A stretch of DNA of 64,000 nucleotides from contig JBPCMS010000012.1 of the NCBI GenBank assembly GCA_051002015.1, forward strand, positions 1,169-65,168, in the 5' to 3' direction. Every line of letters begins with the position of its first letter. The stretch's first letter is position 1. A program made the position numbers and the translations under genes. Under the pieces are notes generated by a model. The model saw only the letters and a program-made list of their open reading frames with translations. It ran no database searches and was not told the origin of the DNA. The DNA is from Acidimicrobiia bacterium. Its GTDB lineage: Bacteria > Actinomycetota > Acidimicrobiia > Spongiisociales > UBA5794. Of this stretch, positions 54,384 to 63,445 are shown piece by piece.

Positions 54384-56330
54384 CTAGATGTCGACCGCGG
54401 TGCCGATCTCGACGACCCGCTCGGTGGGTAGCTTGAAGTAGGCGGCGGCGCTGCGGGCGTTGCGGTGCATGAACTGGAACACACGCTCGGAGACCGTGCT
54501 CAGCCCGAACCCTGGGCGGCTCACCGTCGACTCCGTTCCCAGGAAGTAGGTGGTGTGGAGCGGGTCGAACCCCACCTCGGCGATGAGATGCCCCAGCTCC
54601 ATCGGGACGTTCGGCTCCTCCATGAACCCGTACCTCAGGGTCACCTGGTAGAACCGGCTCCCCAGATGCACGACCTCCTCGCGCCGGGCGCGGGGGACCC
54701 GTGGGGTGGTCTCGATGCGGACGGCGAGGAAGACCACCGACTCGTGGATCGCCTCGTTGTGGCGCAGGTTGGCCAGGAAGGCCGGCGGAACCCGACCCTT
54801 GATGGGGAACAGGTAGACGCCGGTGCCGTTGATCCGCCGCAGGTCGGTCTTGCGGGACAGGCTGGAGATCACGGCTGGAAGGGGCTGCTCGCCACGGCGG
54901 AGCATCCTGGCCACATGCGCCCTTCCCACCCTCCAGGTGCGCATCAGGGCGTAGAGCAGGGCGGCCAGCACCAGCGGGAACCAGCCGCCGGCCGGGATCT
55001 TGACCAGGTTGGCGGAGAGGAAAGTCAGGTCGACGAGGAGGAACCCGCCGATGATGACCCCCACCTTGGCCCGGCTCCAACCCCAGTGCTCCCTGGCGTA
55101 CACCCCGATGAGGATGCTGGTGATCAGCATGGTTGCGGTGACAGCCACGCCGTAGGCGGCCGCCAGGTTGGCCGAGGTGCGGAACCCGAGGACCAGCCCG
55201 ACGCAGGCGAGGAGCAGACCCCAGTTCACCGTGGGGACGTAGACCTGGCCGTGGGCCTCCTCGGAGGTGTGTCGGACATCCATGCGGGGGATGAAGTCGA
55301 GCTGGACCGCCTGGTGGGTGAGCGAGAACACCCCCGAGATCAACGCCTGGCTGGCGATGACGGTCGCCCCCGTCGCCAGCCCGATCAGCGGGTACAACGC
55401 CCACCCAGGGGCGAGCAGGAAGAACGGGCTCCGCACCGCCTCGGGGTCGTTGAGCAGGAGGGCCGCCTGCCCGGCGTAGTTGAGCAGCAACGCCGGCATC
55501 ACCACGGCGAACCAGCCCCGCTTGATCGGCCGGGCCCCGAAGTGCCCCATGTCGGCGTACAGCGCCTCACCGCCGGTCACCACCAAGAAGACCGAGCCGA
55601 GGGCGATGAAGGCTCTGGTGGTGTGATCGGCGATGAATTCGTAGGCGTACCACGGGTTGACCGCGGCGAGCACGCCCGGCTCGTCGAGAACCCGCATCAA
55701 CCCGAGGACGGCGATCACCGCGAACCAGACCAGCATCACCGGGCCGAAGAGCCTGCCGACCACGTGGGTCCCGCGATGCTGGATCGAGAACAGCGCCACC
55801 AGGATGACCAGGGCAGCCGGCACCACGTACCTGGCCAGCGACGGCGCCGCCAACTCGACCCCCTCGACGGCGGAGAGCACGGAGATGGCCGGGGTGATCG
55901 CCCCTTCCCCGGAGAGCATGGCGGCGCCGAACAGCCCGAGCATCACCAGCCTCGCCCGACGCACCCGGTCCGGCGCCGTGGGGGCGACCAGGGCGGTGAG
56001 CGAGAGGATGCCCCCCTCGCCGTCGTTGTCGGCCCGCATCACCACCGAGACGTACTTGATGGCGATGATGAGTACCAGCGCCCAGAAGATCAGGGACAGC
56101 ACCCCGAGCACACTGGCGTCTTGCACCGGGATGTTGTGCTCCTCGGTGAAGACCTCCCGGAAGGCGTACAGCGGGCTGGTGCCGATGTCGCCGTACACCA
56201 CCCCGATGGCGCCGATGGTGAGCGGGAGCATGGCCCCCCGGGGGCCGTGGGTGGTTGGGGGAGGTACGGCTGCAGGGGGCGCTGCTGGCATGCGAAGTCG
56301 GAACCCTACTCGCTCCTCGGAGGGATGCAT
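54384..56330 (-). CDS. kup: KUP/HAK/KT potassium transporter
   Basis: ...[23 protein letters not shown]... and a polytopic body. The start is uncertain (in-frame ATG at 56399, 56330, 56291 or 56231). Confidence 0.9.
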   Translation of the reverse strand: MHPSEERVGFRLRMPAAPPAAVPPPTTHGPRGAMLPLTIGAIGVVYGDIGTSPLYAFREVFTEEHNIPVQDASVLGVLSLIFWALVLIIAIKYVSVVMRADNDGEGGILSLTALVAPTAPDRVRRARLVMLGLFGAAMLSGEGAITPAISVLSAVEGVELAAPSLARYVVPAALVILVALFSIQHRGTHVVGRLFGPVMLVWFAVIAVLGLMRVLDEPGVLAAVNPWYAYEFIADHTTRAFIALGSVFLVVTGGEALYADMGHFGARPIKRGWFAVVMPALLLNYAGQAALLLNDPEAVRSPFFLLAPGWALYPLIGLATGATVIASQALISGVFSLTHQAVQLDFIPRMDVRHTSEEAHGQVYVPTVNWGLLLACVGLVLGFRTSANLAAAYGVAVTATMLITSILIGVYAREHWGWSRAKVGVIIGGFLLVDLTFLSANLVKIPAGGWFPLVLAALLYALMRTWRVGRAHVARMLRRGEQPLPAVISSLSRKTDLRRINGTGVYLFPIKGRVPPAFLANLRHNEAIHESVVFLAVRIETTPRVPRARREEVVHLGSRFYQVTLRYGFMEEPNVPMELGHLIAEVGFDPLHTTYFLGTESTVSRPGFGLSTVSERVFQFMHRNARSAAAYFKLPTERVVEIGTAVDI

Positions 56331-56453
56331 CGTCGGGGCGAGGTTGGCGGAACGGCCCTCTCCGGCTACACTTGCGGCTCGGACGTTCGTCCGCCGCACC
56401 TCCGCGTGATGGGTCTCACCGCCGCAGCGCGATGCTCAGCCCCATCGGTCGGA

Positions 56454-56738
56454 ATGCCCCCTGTCGTGAAGGACACGCAGTTGAAAGAGAAGCAGACCAT
56501 CATCGAATCGTTCGGTTCCCACCAGGCCGACACCGGATCCCCTGAGGTCCAGGTGGCCCTGTTGACCGAGCGCATCAACCACCTCACCGAGCATCTGCGG
56601 TCGAACCAGAAGGATCACCACAGCCGGCGAGGACTGCTGACGATGGTCGGCAAGCGGCGCCGTCTGCTCGGCTACCTGCGCAATCAGGACGTCGAGCGCT
56701 ACCGCTCCCTCATCGCCAGGCTGGGCCTGCGCCGCTGA
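56454..56738 (+). CDS. rpsO: 30S ribosomal protein S15
   Basis: ...[42 protein letters not shown]... is an S15 signature. The start is ATG 56454 or GTG 56466. Confidence 0.92.
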   Translation: MPPVVKDTQLKEKQTIIESFGSHQADTGSPEVQVALLTERINHLTEHLRSNQKDHHSRRGLLTMVGKRRRLLGYLRNQDVERYRSLIARLGLRR

Positions 56739-56747
56739 GGGTGTCGA

Positions 56748-56774
56748 GGGTCGGACGGCTCGCCCGTCCCACCC
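56748..56774 (+). terminator. Hairpin immediately after rpsO (terminator/attenuator candidate, no U-tract)
   Basis: The stem is gggtcggacgg-ctcgc-ccgtcccaccc, pairing 10 of 11 positions. It starts 10 nt after the rpsO stop. Confidence 0.4.
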
Positions 56775-56828
56775 GCACGGAGCCGCAGCGACTCGGTCGG
56801 CGGCCCGAAGCAGAAGCAGGGGACACCC

Positions 56829-56893
56829 ACCAGTTGTCAGTGGCGGGCGCTCTCGGATCCCCCGACCGGGAGCTCCCACCACTGCCAATTGGT
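56829..56893 (+). promoter_or_regulatory. Long imperfect hairpin in the rpsO-pnp leader (candidate RNase III processing site)
   Basis: The outer arms are 56830-56843 (ccagttgtcagtgg) and 56879-56892 (ccactgccaattgg), pairing 13/14 positions including one G-U. The inner helices are gggcgctc/gagctccc and tcgg/ccga. Confidence 0.35.
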
Positions 56894-56926
56894 CAGTGTC
56901 TCCTCCAACAACAGAGGAGAACACGC

Positions 56927-59374
56927 GTGGCAGAGACCACCGTTCGTGGCCGGATAGGCGACAAGGAAGTCGTCTTCTCGGCGGGCAAGCTCGCCCAACT
57001 CGCCGATGGGGCCGTCGTGGCCACCGTCGGCAACACCGAAGTCATCGTCACCGCAACGGCCAGCAGGTCGGTGCGCGAGGGACAGGACTTCTTCCCGCTC
57101 ACCGTCGACGTCGAGGAGCGGATGTACTCCGTGGGTCGGATCCCCGGCTCGTTCTTCCGACGTGAGGGACGCGCCACCGAGAAGGCGACGCTCACCGCCC
57201 GCCTGATCGACCGACCGCTCCGCCCGGCGTTCGCCGACGGTTACCGGTGCGAGACCCATGTCGTCGCCACCATCCTGGCGGCCGACCTGGTCAACCCCTA
57301 CGACGTTCCGGCACTCAACGCGGCGTCTGCGGCCCTGACCGTCAGCGCCATCCCGTTCCTGGGTCCCATCGGCGCCGTCCGACTGGCGCTGCGTGACGGC
57401 GACTGGATCGCCTTCCCCACCTTCGAGGAGATGGACGAGTCCGTCTTCGAGATCGTGGTTGCCGGGAGGCGCAACGAGGCCGGCGGTGTCGACATCGCCA
57501 TGGTCGAGGCCGGTGCCACCGAGAACGGGTACCGGATGGTCCAGGACGGCGCCCCCGCCAGCGACGAGGAGACCGTGGCCCGAGGTCTCGAGGCGGCCAA
57601 GGACCACATCGCCGCCATCGTCGACCTCCAGCTCGAGCTGCGCCGCCAGCTGGGCGAACCGGAGCCGGTGGAATGGCCCGTGGTCGAGGACTATTCGGCC
57701 GAGGTGTACGACCGGGTCGCCACCATCGCCCGCCCCAGGCTGGAGGCGATGGGGATCATCGCCGACAAGACCGAGCGGCTGCTCACCGAGAAGCGGGTCG
57801 CCGACGAGGTGATGGCCGAGCTGGCAATCCCCGAGGACGACGCCGCCTTGGCGGCCGCATCGAAGAGAGCCTTCCGGTCGGTGCAGAAAACCATGATGCG
57901 GGACCGGGTGGTCCGTGACGGCATCAGGCTCGACGGCCGGGGCCTCACCGACGTCCGGCCGCTCACCATCGAGGTGGGGGTGCTCCCCGAGGTCCACGGG
58001 TCGGGTCTGTTCCAGCGGGGCGAGACCCAGGTGCTCAACGTCACCACGCTGGGCATGACCAAGATGGAGCAGATGCTCGACACCATCTCGGTCGAGGAAA
58101 CCAAGCGCTACATGCACCACTACAACATGGCGCCGTTCGCCACCGGCGAGACCGGCTTCATGCGCGGTCCCAAGCGGCGCGAGATCGGGCACGGAGCCCT
58201 CGCCGAGCGAGCCCTGTTCCCGGTGATCCCACCGGTGGAGGACTTCCCATACGCCTTCCGTCTCGTGTCAGAGGTGCTGATGTCGAACGGGTCGTCCTCG
58301 ATGGCATCGGTGTGCGGCTCGTCGCTGTCGTTGATGGACGCAGGCGTGCCCATCGCCGCTCCGGTGGCGGGCATCGCCATGGGGCTGATCGCCCACGACG
58401 GCCGGTTCATCACGCTGACCGACATCCTCGGCGCCGAGGACGCCCTCGGCGACATGGACTTCAAGGTGGCGGGGACCCGTGACATGATCACCGCGCTCCA
58501 ACTCGACACCAAGATCGAGTCGCTGCCCGCCGACGTGCTCATCAAGGCGATGCACCAGGCCCGTGACGCCCGGCTGTTCATCCTCGATGCGATGACCGCG
58601 GTCATCGCCGAGCCTCGGGCCGAGCTCGCCCCCAACGCCCCCAAGATCGAGTCGATCGTGATCCCGAGGGACCGCATCGGCGAGGTCATCGGGCCCAAGG
58701 GCAAGGTCATCCGTGAGCTCGAGGAGGAGACCGGGGCCACCATCGAGATCGACGACGACGGCACGGTCCGGGTCGGCGCCGCCGACACCGCCTCGATGCA
58801 GCTCGCCAAGGAGCGCATCCTCGCCATCGGCTTCCCGCCGGAGGCGAACGTGGGCGAGATCTACCAGGGCGAGGTGGTGAACATCACCAAGTTCGGTGCG
58901 TTCGTCAACATCCTCCCGGGGCGTGACGGTTTGCTCCACATCTCCAAGATGGGTGGCGGCCGCCGCATCGCCGTGGTCGAGGATGTCCTCTCCCTCGGTG
59001 ACAAGGTCCAGGTCGTGGTCCGCGAGATCGACGACAGGGGCAAGGTCAGCCTCGACCTCGCCGACGGGATCGAGCTCGAGATGAAGCCCGGCGCCAAGCC
59101 CCTCGAGGCCTCGGAAAACGGAGGCGGCTACGACGATCGCAGGCGCGACAGCGGTGGCCGTCGCGACGGTGGACGCGACCGCGGAGGTCGCGACAGCGGC
59201 CGGCGGGACCGTGACAGCAGGGGTGGTCAGGGCCGTGGATCCGACAGCCGCTCGGACAGCCGCGCCGACGGCCGCTCGGACAGCAGGAGCGGTGAGAGCC
59301 GTTCCGGCAGCCCGACCTCGTCCGGGTCGCGCACCGTGGTCTCCTTCGAGGACGACTTCGAGAGCGGTTTCTAG
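56927..59374 (+). CDS. pnp: Polyribonucleotide nucleotidyltransferase (PNPase) with an R/D/S/G-rich C-terminal tail
   Basis: Two RNase PH domains (FFPLTVDVEERMYSVGRIPGSFFRREGR; HYNMAPFATGE), KH (IGEVIGPKGKVI) and S1 domains, then a 90-aa low-complexity tail. GTG 56927 follows AGAGGAGA. Confidence 0.93.
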   Translation: MAETTVRGRIGDKEVVFSAGKLAQLADGAVVATVGNTEVIVTATASRSVREGQDFFPLTVDVEERMYSVGRIPGSFFRREGRATEKATLTARLIDRPLRPAFADGYRCETHVVATILAADLVNPYDVPALNAASAALTVSAIPFLGPIGAVRLALRDGDWIAFPTFEEMDESVFEIVVAGRRNEAGGVDIAMVEAGATENGYRMVQDGAPASDEETVARGLEAAKDHIAAIVDLQLELRRQLGEPEPVEWPVVEDYSAEVYDRVATIARPRLEAMGIIADKTERLLTEKRVADEVMAELAIPEDDAALAAASKRAFRSVQKTMMRDRVVRDGIRLDGRGLTDVRPLTIEVGVLPEVHGSGLFQRGETQVLNVTTLGMTKMEQMLDTISVEETKRYMHHYNMAPFATGETGFMRGPKRREIGHGALAERALFPVIPPVEDFPYAFRLVSEVLMSNGSSSMASVCGSSLSLMDAGVPIAAPVAGIAMGLIAHDGRFITLTDILGAEDALGDMDFKVAGTRDMITALQLDTKIESLPADVLIKAMHQARDARLFILDAMTAVIAEPRAELAPNAPKIESIVIPRDRIGEVIGPKGKVIRELEEETGATIEIDDDGTVRVGAADTASMQLAKERILAIGFPPEANVGEIYQGEVVNITKFGAFVNILPGRDGLLHISKMGGGRRIAVVEDVLSLGDKVQVVVREIDDRGKVSLDLADGIELEMKPGAKPLEASENGGGYDDRRRDSGGRRDGGRDRGGRDSGRRDRDSRGGQGRGSDSRSDSRADGRSDSRSGESRSGSPTSSGSRTVVSFEDDFESGF

Positions 59375-59401
59375 GACCCGGACCCGAACCTAAACGCGAC
59401 T

Positions 59402-59426
59402 GGGCCCTCCCCATCGGGGAGGGCCC
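59402..59426. terminator. Bidirectional terminator hairpin between the convergent pnp and dodecin genes
   Basis: A perfect 11-bp stem, gggccctcccc-atc-ggggagggccc, followed by the T-rich ttcgctgtctt. Confidence 0.6.
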
Positions 59427-59455
59427 TTCGCTGTCTTGGTGGGGAGAACCCGCGG

Positions 59456-59662
59456 TCAGTCATCGAGGATGAACGTCAGCTTCATGTCGACCCGGAAGTG
59501 CTTGATGGTGCCGTCGTCGGCCAGCTCGACCTTGTGCTCGGAGATCCACGCTCCCTTGATGCCGTCCACCGTCTTCTGCGCCTTGGCCAGACCCTTGCGG
59601 ATGGCGTCCTCGAAGGATCCGGGGGAGGTCGATGTGATCTCGATCACCTTGGCAACAGACAC
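59456..59662 (-). CDS. Dodecin family flavin-binding protein
   Basis: MSVAKVIEITSTSPGSFEDAIRKGLAKAQKTVDGIKGAWISEHKVEL...FRVDMKLTFILD matches the dodecin pattern. Confidence 0.8.
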   Translation of the reverse strand: MSVAKVIEITSTSPGSFEDAIRKGLAKAQKTVDGIKGAWISEHKVELADDGTIKHFRVDMKLTFILDD

Positions 59663-59724
59663 GAAGCAGCTCCTTTCGGTGGGCTCTGTCAGGGCAGGCT
59701 ACTCCGGGGGCCGGCCCCATGAGC

Positions 59725-59809
59725 AAGAGGCTCCGCCGTTGGGTGGAGCTCGGCGGTTGGGGCTGGGGTCCCCAACCGCACCGCGATGAGGCGTCAGCCG
59801 AAGAGCCAT
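59725..59809 (-). repeat. R85 element, copy 2 (inverted relative to copy 1)
   Basis: The reverse complement reads atggctcttcggctgacgcctcatcgcggtgcggttggggaccccagccccaaccgccgagctccacccaacggcggagcctctt. Confidence 0.85.
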
Positions 59810-59828
59810 GTGTACAGCAAATCTCCTC

Positions 59829-59857
59829 TTGTGAATCGAACATATGTTCGATAGGGT
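59829..59857 (+). promoter_or_regulatory. SOS-type promoter of imuA'-imuB with the LexA box filling the spacer
   Basis: TTGTGA (59829-34), then a 17-nt spacer, then TAGGGT (59852-57). The spacer contains the perfect palindrome TCGAACATATGTTCGA (59836-59851), matching the actinobacterial/Gram-positive SOS box TCGAAC-N4-GTTCGA. Confidence 0.65.
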
Positions 59858-59901
59858 GTGAGGCCCGGAGGAACAGGTGGAGAGAGGTGCCAGCAACCAG
59901 G

Positions 59902-60618
59902 ATGTTGACCATGGCACCGGACAGGGTGCCCGAACATGTCACCACCACCGACCTCACCCGATCGGATCGGGACGACACCGTCGCCATGCTCCGCCGCCAT
60001 CTGCCCGCCCCGCCGCCCCGGGAGACCGTCCCGCTGGTTCCCGTCCCCGGTCAGGTGGTCGGGCTGCACGGCCCCGCCGGAATGGGGCTGACCAGGTTGG
60101 GGCTGTCGATGGCGGCGGGGGCAGCCATCGAGGGCTCCGTGGCCTGCGTCGACGTGCGCGGCTGGCTGTGCCCCTCGGCCGCCTGGGAGGTGGGGATCGA
60201 CCCGGACCGCCTGGTGGTGGTGCGCTGCGACGACCCGGTGACCTGGGCCCGGGTGGTGGCAGGGCTGCTCGACGGGATGGGCGCCGTATACGCCGAGGTT
60301 CCCCGCCAGGTGAAGGAGGCCCCGCTGCGCACCCTGGCCTCTGCGGTGCGGAGCAAGGGGACCCCGCTGGTGCTCAACCCGCTGTCGGGGATGTTGCCGG
60401 GCGGGTTGGCCCAGCTCCGGCTGGAGGGACGCCGGATCAGCTGGGAGGGGACCGGGGCCGGGCACGGACGGCTGCTGCGCCGGCGGCTGGTGCTGGAGGC
60501 GTCGGGGAAGGCGGTCAAGGGGATGACCCGGATCATCGAGGTGGAGGACCATGGAGCGGACGCTCTGCGTGTGGTATCCCGACTGGGCACTGCGCCGGCC
60601 CGATACGCCGCCGGGTGA
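59902..60618 (+). CDS. imuA: ImuA'-like RecA-fold protein of the imuA'-imuB mutagenesis cassette
   Basis: Has a degenerate P-loop (GLHGPAGMGLTRL) and sits immediately upstream of, and overlapping, imuB, behind a LexA box. The start is ATG 59902 or GTG 59887. Confidence 0.65.
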   Translation: MLTMAPDRVPEHVTTTDLTRSDRDDTVAMLRRHLPAPPPRETVPLVPVPGQVVGLHGPAGMGLTRLGLSMAAGAAIEGSVACVDVRGWLCPSAAWEVGIDPDRLVVVRCDDPVTWARVVAGLLDGMGAVYAEVPRQVKEAPLRTLASAVRSKGTPLVLNPLSGMLPGGLAQLRLEGRRISWEGTGAGHGRLLRRRLVLEASGKAVKGMTRIIEVEDHGADALRVVSRLGTAPARYAAG

Positions 60619-62032
60619 GCCGGCCCAAGCGATCGGAGCCGACCATCGGGTGGTTGCGGTCAACCCCGAGGCCGCCGCCGCCGGGGTGACCGTGGGGATG
60701 CGCCGCCGCCAGGCCGAGGCCATCTGCCCTGCGATCCGCTCCCTGGCGAGCGACCCGACCGCCGAGGCGGTCGGCTTCGAGCCGGTGGTGCGCGCCGTCG
60801 AGGGGTTGATCCCCCGGGTCGAGGTGGTGCAGCCGGGGATGCTGCTGGCTCCGGTCACCGGCGCCGTCCGCTACTTCGGTGACGAGTGGGTCCTGGTGGG
60901 GCGGGTGGTCGAGGCGATCGAAGGGGTCGCCGGGCCCGGCCACCGGATCGGGCTCGCCGCCGGGCCGTTCTCCGCCCGCTGCGCCGCCGAGATGGCGATG
61001 GGGGAGCCGCTGGTGGTCGAGGACGACCGCAGTTTCCTCCGCTCGCTCGACGTGGCCTCGCTTGGCCGGGAGGAGCTTGCCGCCACCTTTCGTTGGCTGG
61101 GGATCACCACCCTGGGACAGCTTGCCGATCTGCCCCGCCAGGCGATGGTCACCCGCTTCGGCGCCGATGGGTTGGATGCGCATCGGTTGGCCAGAGGTGA
61201 GGACCGCAGACCGCAACCCAGGGAGATCCCGGTCGATCTGGCGGTGGAGGAGCGGTTCGACCCGCCGCTCGACAACCTGGAGCAGGCCGCCTTCGTGGGG
61301 AGGGCTCTGGCCCACCGGCTTCTCACCGAGACCGGTCGCTGGGGATCGACCCCTTTCCGGGTGGTGGTCGAGGCGGAGTCTGCTGGCGGCGCCACCCGAT
61401 CCCGCACCTGGCGCAACACCGATCCCTTCGACGAGTCGACGCTGAGCGACCGGATCCGCTGGCAGCTCGCCGCCTGGCTCGACGAGGCCCGGCTGCGCCG
61501 CGGGCCGGGGATCGGTGGTGGGGTGGTGCGGCTGCGACTGGCTCCCGCCGACCTCTCCGACCGGGGCAGGCAGCTCGCCCTCCACGAGGACGCCAGGAGG
61601 GCGGCCGAGACCCATCGCACCCTGGTCCAGACCCAGGCGCTGGTCGGCCCCGACCGGGTGCTGGTCGCCCTTCCCCGGGGGGGACGCGACCCGGGGGACC
61701 GGATCCATTGGAGCCGGTGGGACGATCCTCCCCCCGCCCCCGCCGGCGACCCGTCAGCGCCATGGCCCGGGGCGGTCCCGACGCCGTCCCCCGCCCTGGT
61801 CCCGGACGGGGCGGTTCCCTTCGAGGTGGAGTGGGACGGGGGGATGCCGGAACGGGTCCGGCTGGGAAGCCGGTGGGAGTCGGTGCTGTCGTGGGCGGGG
61901 CCGTGGCGTCGGCTGGGGCGGTGGTGGGACGGGGAGCCGCATGCCGACCGCTACCAGATCGTCACCTCGGCCGGGGCCTTCCTGTGCGAGGTCAGGGAAG
62001 GCGCCACCTGGCTGACCGGCATCTACGACTGA
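60551..62032 (+). CDS. imuB: ImuB, Y-family-polymerase-like accessory protein
   Basis: MERTLCVWYPDWALRR... is the characteristic N-terminus, followed by a Y-family palm/fingers-like region and then a P/R/W-rich C-terminus. Confidence 0.85.
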   Translation: MERTLCVWYPDWALRRPDTPPGEPAQAIGADHRVVAVNPEAAAAGVTVGMRRRQAEAICPAIRSLASDPTAEAVGFEPVVRAVEGLIPRVEVVQPGMLLAPVTGAVRYFGDEWVLVGRVVEAIEGVAGPGHRIGLAAGPFSARCAAEMAMGEPLVVEDDRSFLRSLDVASLGREELAATFRWLGITTLGQLADLPRQAMVTRFGADGLDAHRLARGEDRRPQPREIPVDLAVEERFDPPLDNLEQAAFVGRALAHRLLTETGRWGSTPFRVVVEAESAGGATRSRTWRNTDPFDESTLSDRIRWQLAAWLDEARLRRGPGIGGGVVRLRLAPADLSDRGRQLALHEDARRAAETHRTLVQTQALVGPDRVLVALPRGGRDPGDRIHWSRWDDPPPAPAGDPSAPWPGAVPTPSPALVPDGAVPFEVEWDGGMPERVRLGSRWESVLSWAGPWRRLGRWWDGEPHADRYQIVTSAGAFLCEVREGATWLTGIYD

Positions 62033-62070
62033 CCGACGCTCCCGCTGCACGGCCTGCCCGGCTCCTCGAC

Positions 62071-62341
62071 TCACCGTGGTCGATGGGCCTGTGCTCTGTG
62101 GTCGATCCGGACCACCTCGACCGTGCTCTGCCCGTCGTTCATCCGGTAGACGATTCGGTACGGGCCCCGACGCGCCGTGAGATAGCCCCGCAGCTCCCGG
62201 TGACAGCTGCTTTCCGACGCGATGAGGGTTCTCTAGCAGCGGGCCGAGCATGAACTCCACCACGGCGGTGGCGACCCGCTCCGGTAGGCGGGCAAGGTCT
62301 CGTTCGGCCGAAGGGGCGACGATCAGGCGCCAGTCGGTCAC
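62071..62341 (-). pseudogene. RelE/ParE-family toxin gene disrupted by a 1-nt frameshift
   Basis: The N-terminal part (from GTG 62341) reads MTDWRLIVAPSAERDLARLPERVATAVVEFMLGPLLENPHRVGKQL. The family-typical C-terminus RELRGYLTARRGPYRIVYRMNDGQSTVEVVRIDHRAQAHRPR* continues in the +1 frame from about 62198-62203. The total span is 271 nt, that is 3n+1. Confidence 0.65.
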
Positions 62342-62613
62342 CTATCGAGGTACTTGGCGCGCAGCTCTTCGCCGGTGACAACGTCACCGGCATCGATTGC
62401 CTCCTGGGCCCGCCTGATCTCCTCGAGGGCGCCCGGCTCGGAGAGGATGTCGAGGGTCTCCTCCAGGGCCTCAAGGTCATCAGGGCTGACCAGCACTGCG
62501 GCCGGTCGGCCGCGGCGGGACACCACGACCCGTTAATGGTGGTACTCGACCCGGTCGACGAACTCCGAAAGCCGCTTCTTCACCTCGGAGAGAGGCAGCG
62601 TCGTGTCAGACAT
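62338..62613 (-). pseudogene. Phd/YefM-family antitoxin gene with an in-frame TAA at codon 27
   Basis: ATG 62613 gives MSDTTLPLSEVKKRLSEFVDRVEYHH-TAA(62535-62533)-RVVVSRRGRPAAVLVSPDDLEALEETLDILS.... The track reports only the post-stop fragment (62338..62526). Confidence 0.7.
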
Positions 62614-62672
62614 GACTAGAAATATATAGTCACGGCCGAGCGCCGATCCGGCCGAACCCGACGGGTCTCGGC

Positions 62673-63410
62673 TCAACCGATGGCGTCTTCGGGCAACGCC
62701 GAGGCGACCGCATCCCGGACCCGGTTCTTGAGAGCGTTGATGTCGAGCACGGTGAGGTCGCGGGTGGGGATGGGCTGGTGGACGACGGCCTTGGCGAGGC
62801 TCGGGTAGATCAGCCTCGATCCGGGGGGCCAGGCCTGCCAGGTGCCGTGGATGGTGACCGGCACCACGGGGAGCTGGTTGGTGATGGCGATGCGGAAGGC
62901 GCCCTTCTTGAACGGGGCCAGGTTCCCGTCGTCGCTCCTGGTGCCCTCGGGGAAGATGATCAGCGAATGGCCCCGGCGCTTGGCGGCGGCCACCCCCTCG
63001 TTGATCTCGGCGTGGGCGGCTGATTGGCTCTGCCGGTCGGTCTTGATGATCCCGATCCGGGTCATCGCCTGGGCAAGGACCGGGATCTGGTAGAGCTCCT
63101 TCTTGGCCAGGAACCGGATCGGCACCGGGGCGGTGAGCAGCATCACCGGGATGTCGAAGTTGGAGAGGTGGTTGGCGACGAACACGTACTGCCGGCTGGG
63201 ATCGATGTGCTCCTGCCCTTCGATCTCGAGACGGAGTGGGGCGGTGCGGAGAAAGAGCCGGCTCCAGAAGCGGATGATCCGGTCGATCTGCGGGGCGTCC
63301 TTCTTGATGTACGAGATCACCAGCACGACCAGGGCGAACAAGAGGGTGGAGATCAGGAAGGGCCCCAGGAGCAGCACGGTGCGGAGGCTGGGGAGGATGC
63401 GACGGAGCAT
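62673..63410 (-). CDS. plsC: 1-acyl-sn-glycerol-3-phosphate acyltransferase
   Basis: Has an N-terminal TM helix, the NHLSNFD (HX4D) motif and the FPEGTRS motif. Confidence 0.88.
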   Translation of the reverse strand: MLRRILPSLRTVLLLGPFLISTLLFALVVLVISYIKKDAPQIDRIIRFWSRLFLRTAPLRLEIEGQEHIDPSRQYVFVANHLSNFDIPVMLLTAPVPIRFLAKKELYQIPVLAQAMTRIGIIKTDRQSQSAAHAEINEGVAAAKRRGHSLIIFPEGTRSDDGNLAPFKKGAFRIAITNQLPVVPVTIHGTWQAWPPGSRLIYPSLAKAVVHQPIPTRDLTVLDINALKNRVRDAVASALPEDAIG

Positions 63411-63445
63411 CAGACTAAGTTAGCCATACCGACCAGGGGGACCCG

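Noticed and set aside
56292-56453. Possible c-di-AMP (ydaO/kimA-type) riboswitch upstream of the kup potassium transporter.
   Set aside because: The available leader is short and depends on which kup start is real. I could not recognise the pseudo-symmetric conserved core by eye. A cmscan with RF00379 over 56231-56460 (minus strand) would settle it.
59877-60689. Alternative frame for the gene upstream of imuB; it has a GTG just after a GGAGGA motif.
   Set aside because: Its translation is Arg/Gly/Pro-rich junk, whereas the 59902..60618 frame gives a balanced RecA-fold-like sequence.
61754-62341. The 195-aa ORF taken as an intact gene.
   Set aside because: Only the first ~46 residues look like a RelE/ParE toxin. 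The rest is Gly/Pro/Arg-rich read-through antisense to imuB, while the genuine toxin C-terminus is in the +1 frame. I interpret it as a frameshifted pseudogene.
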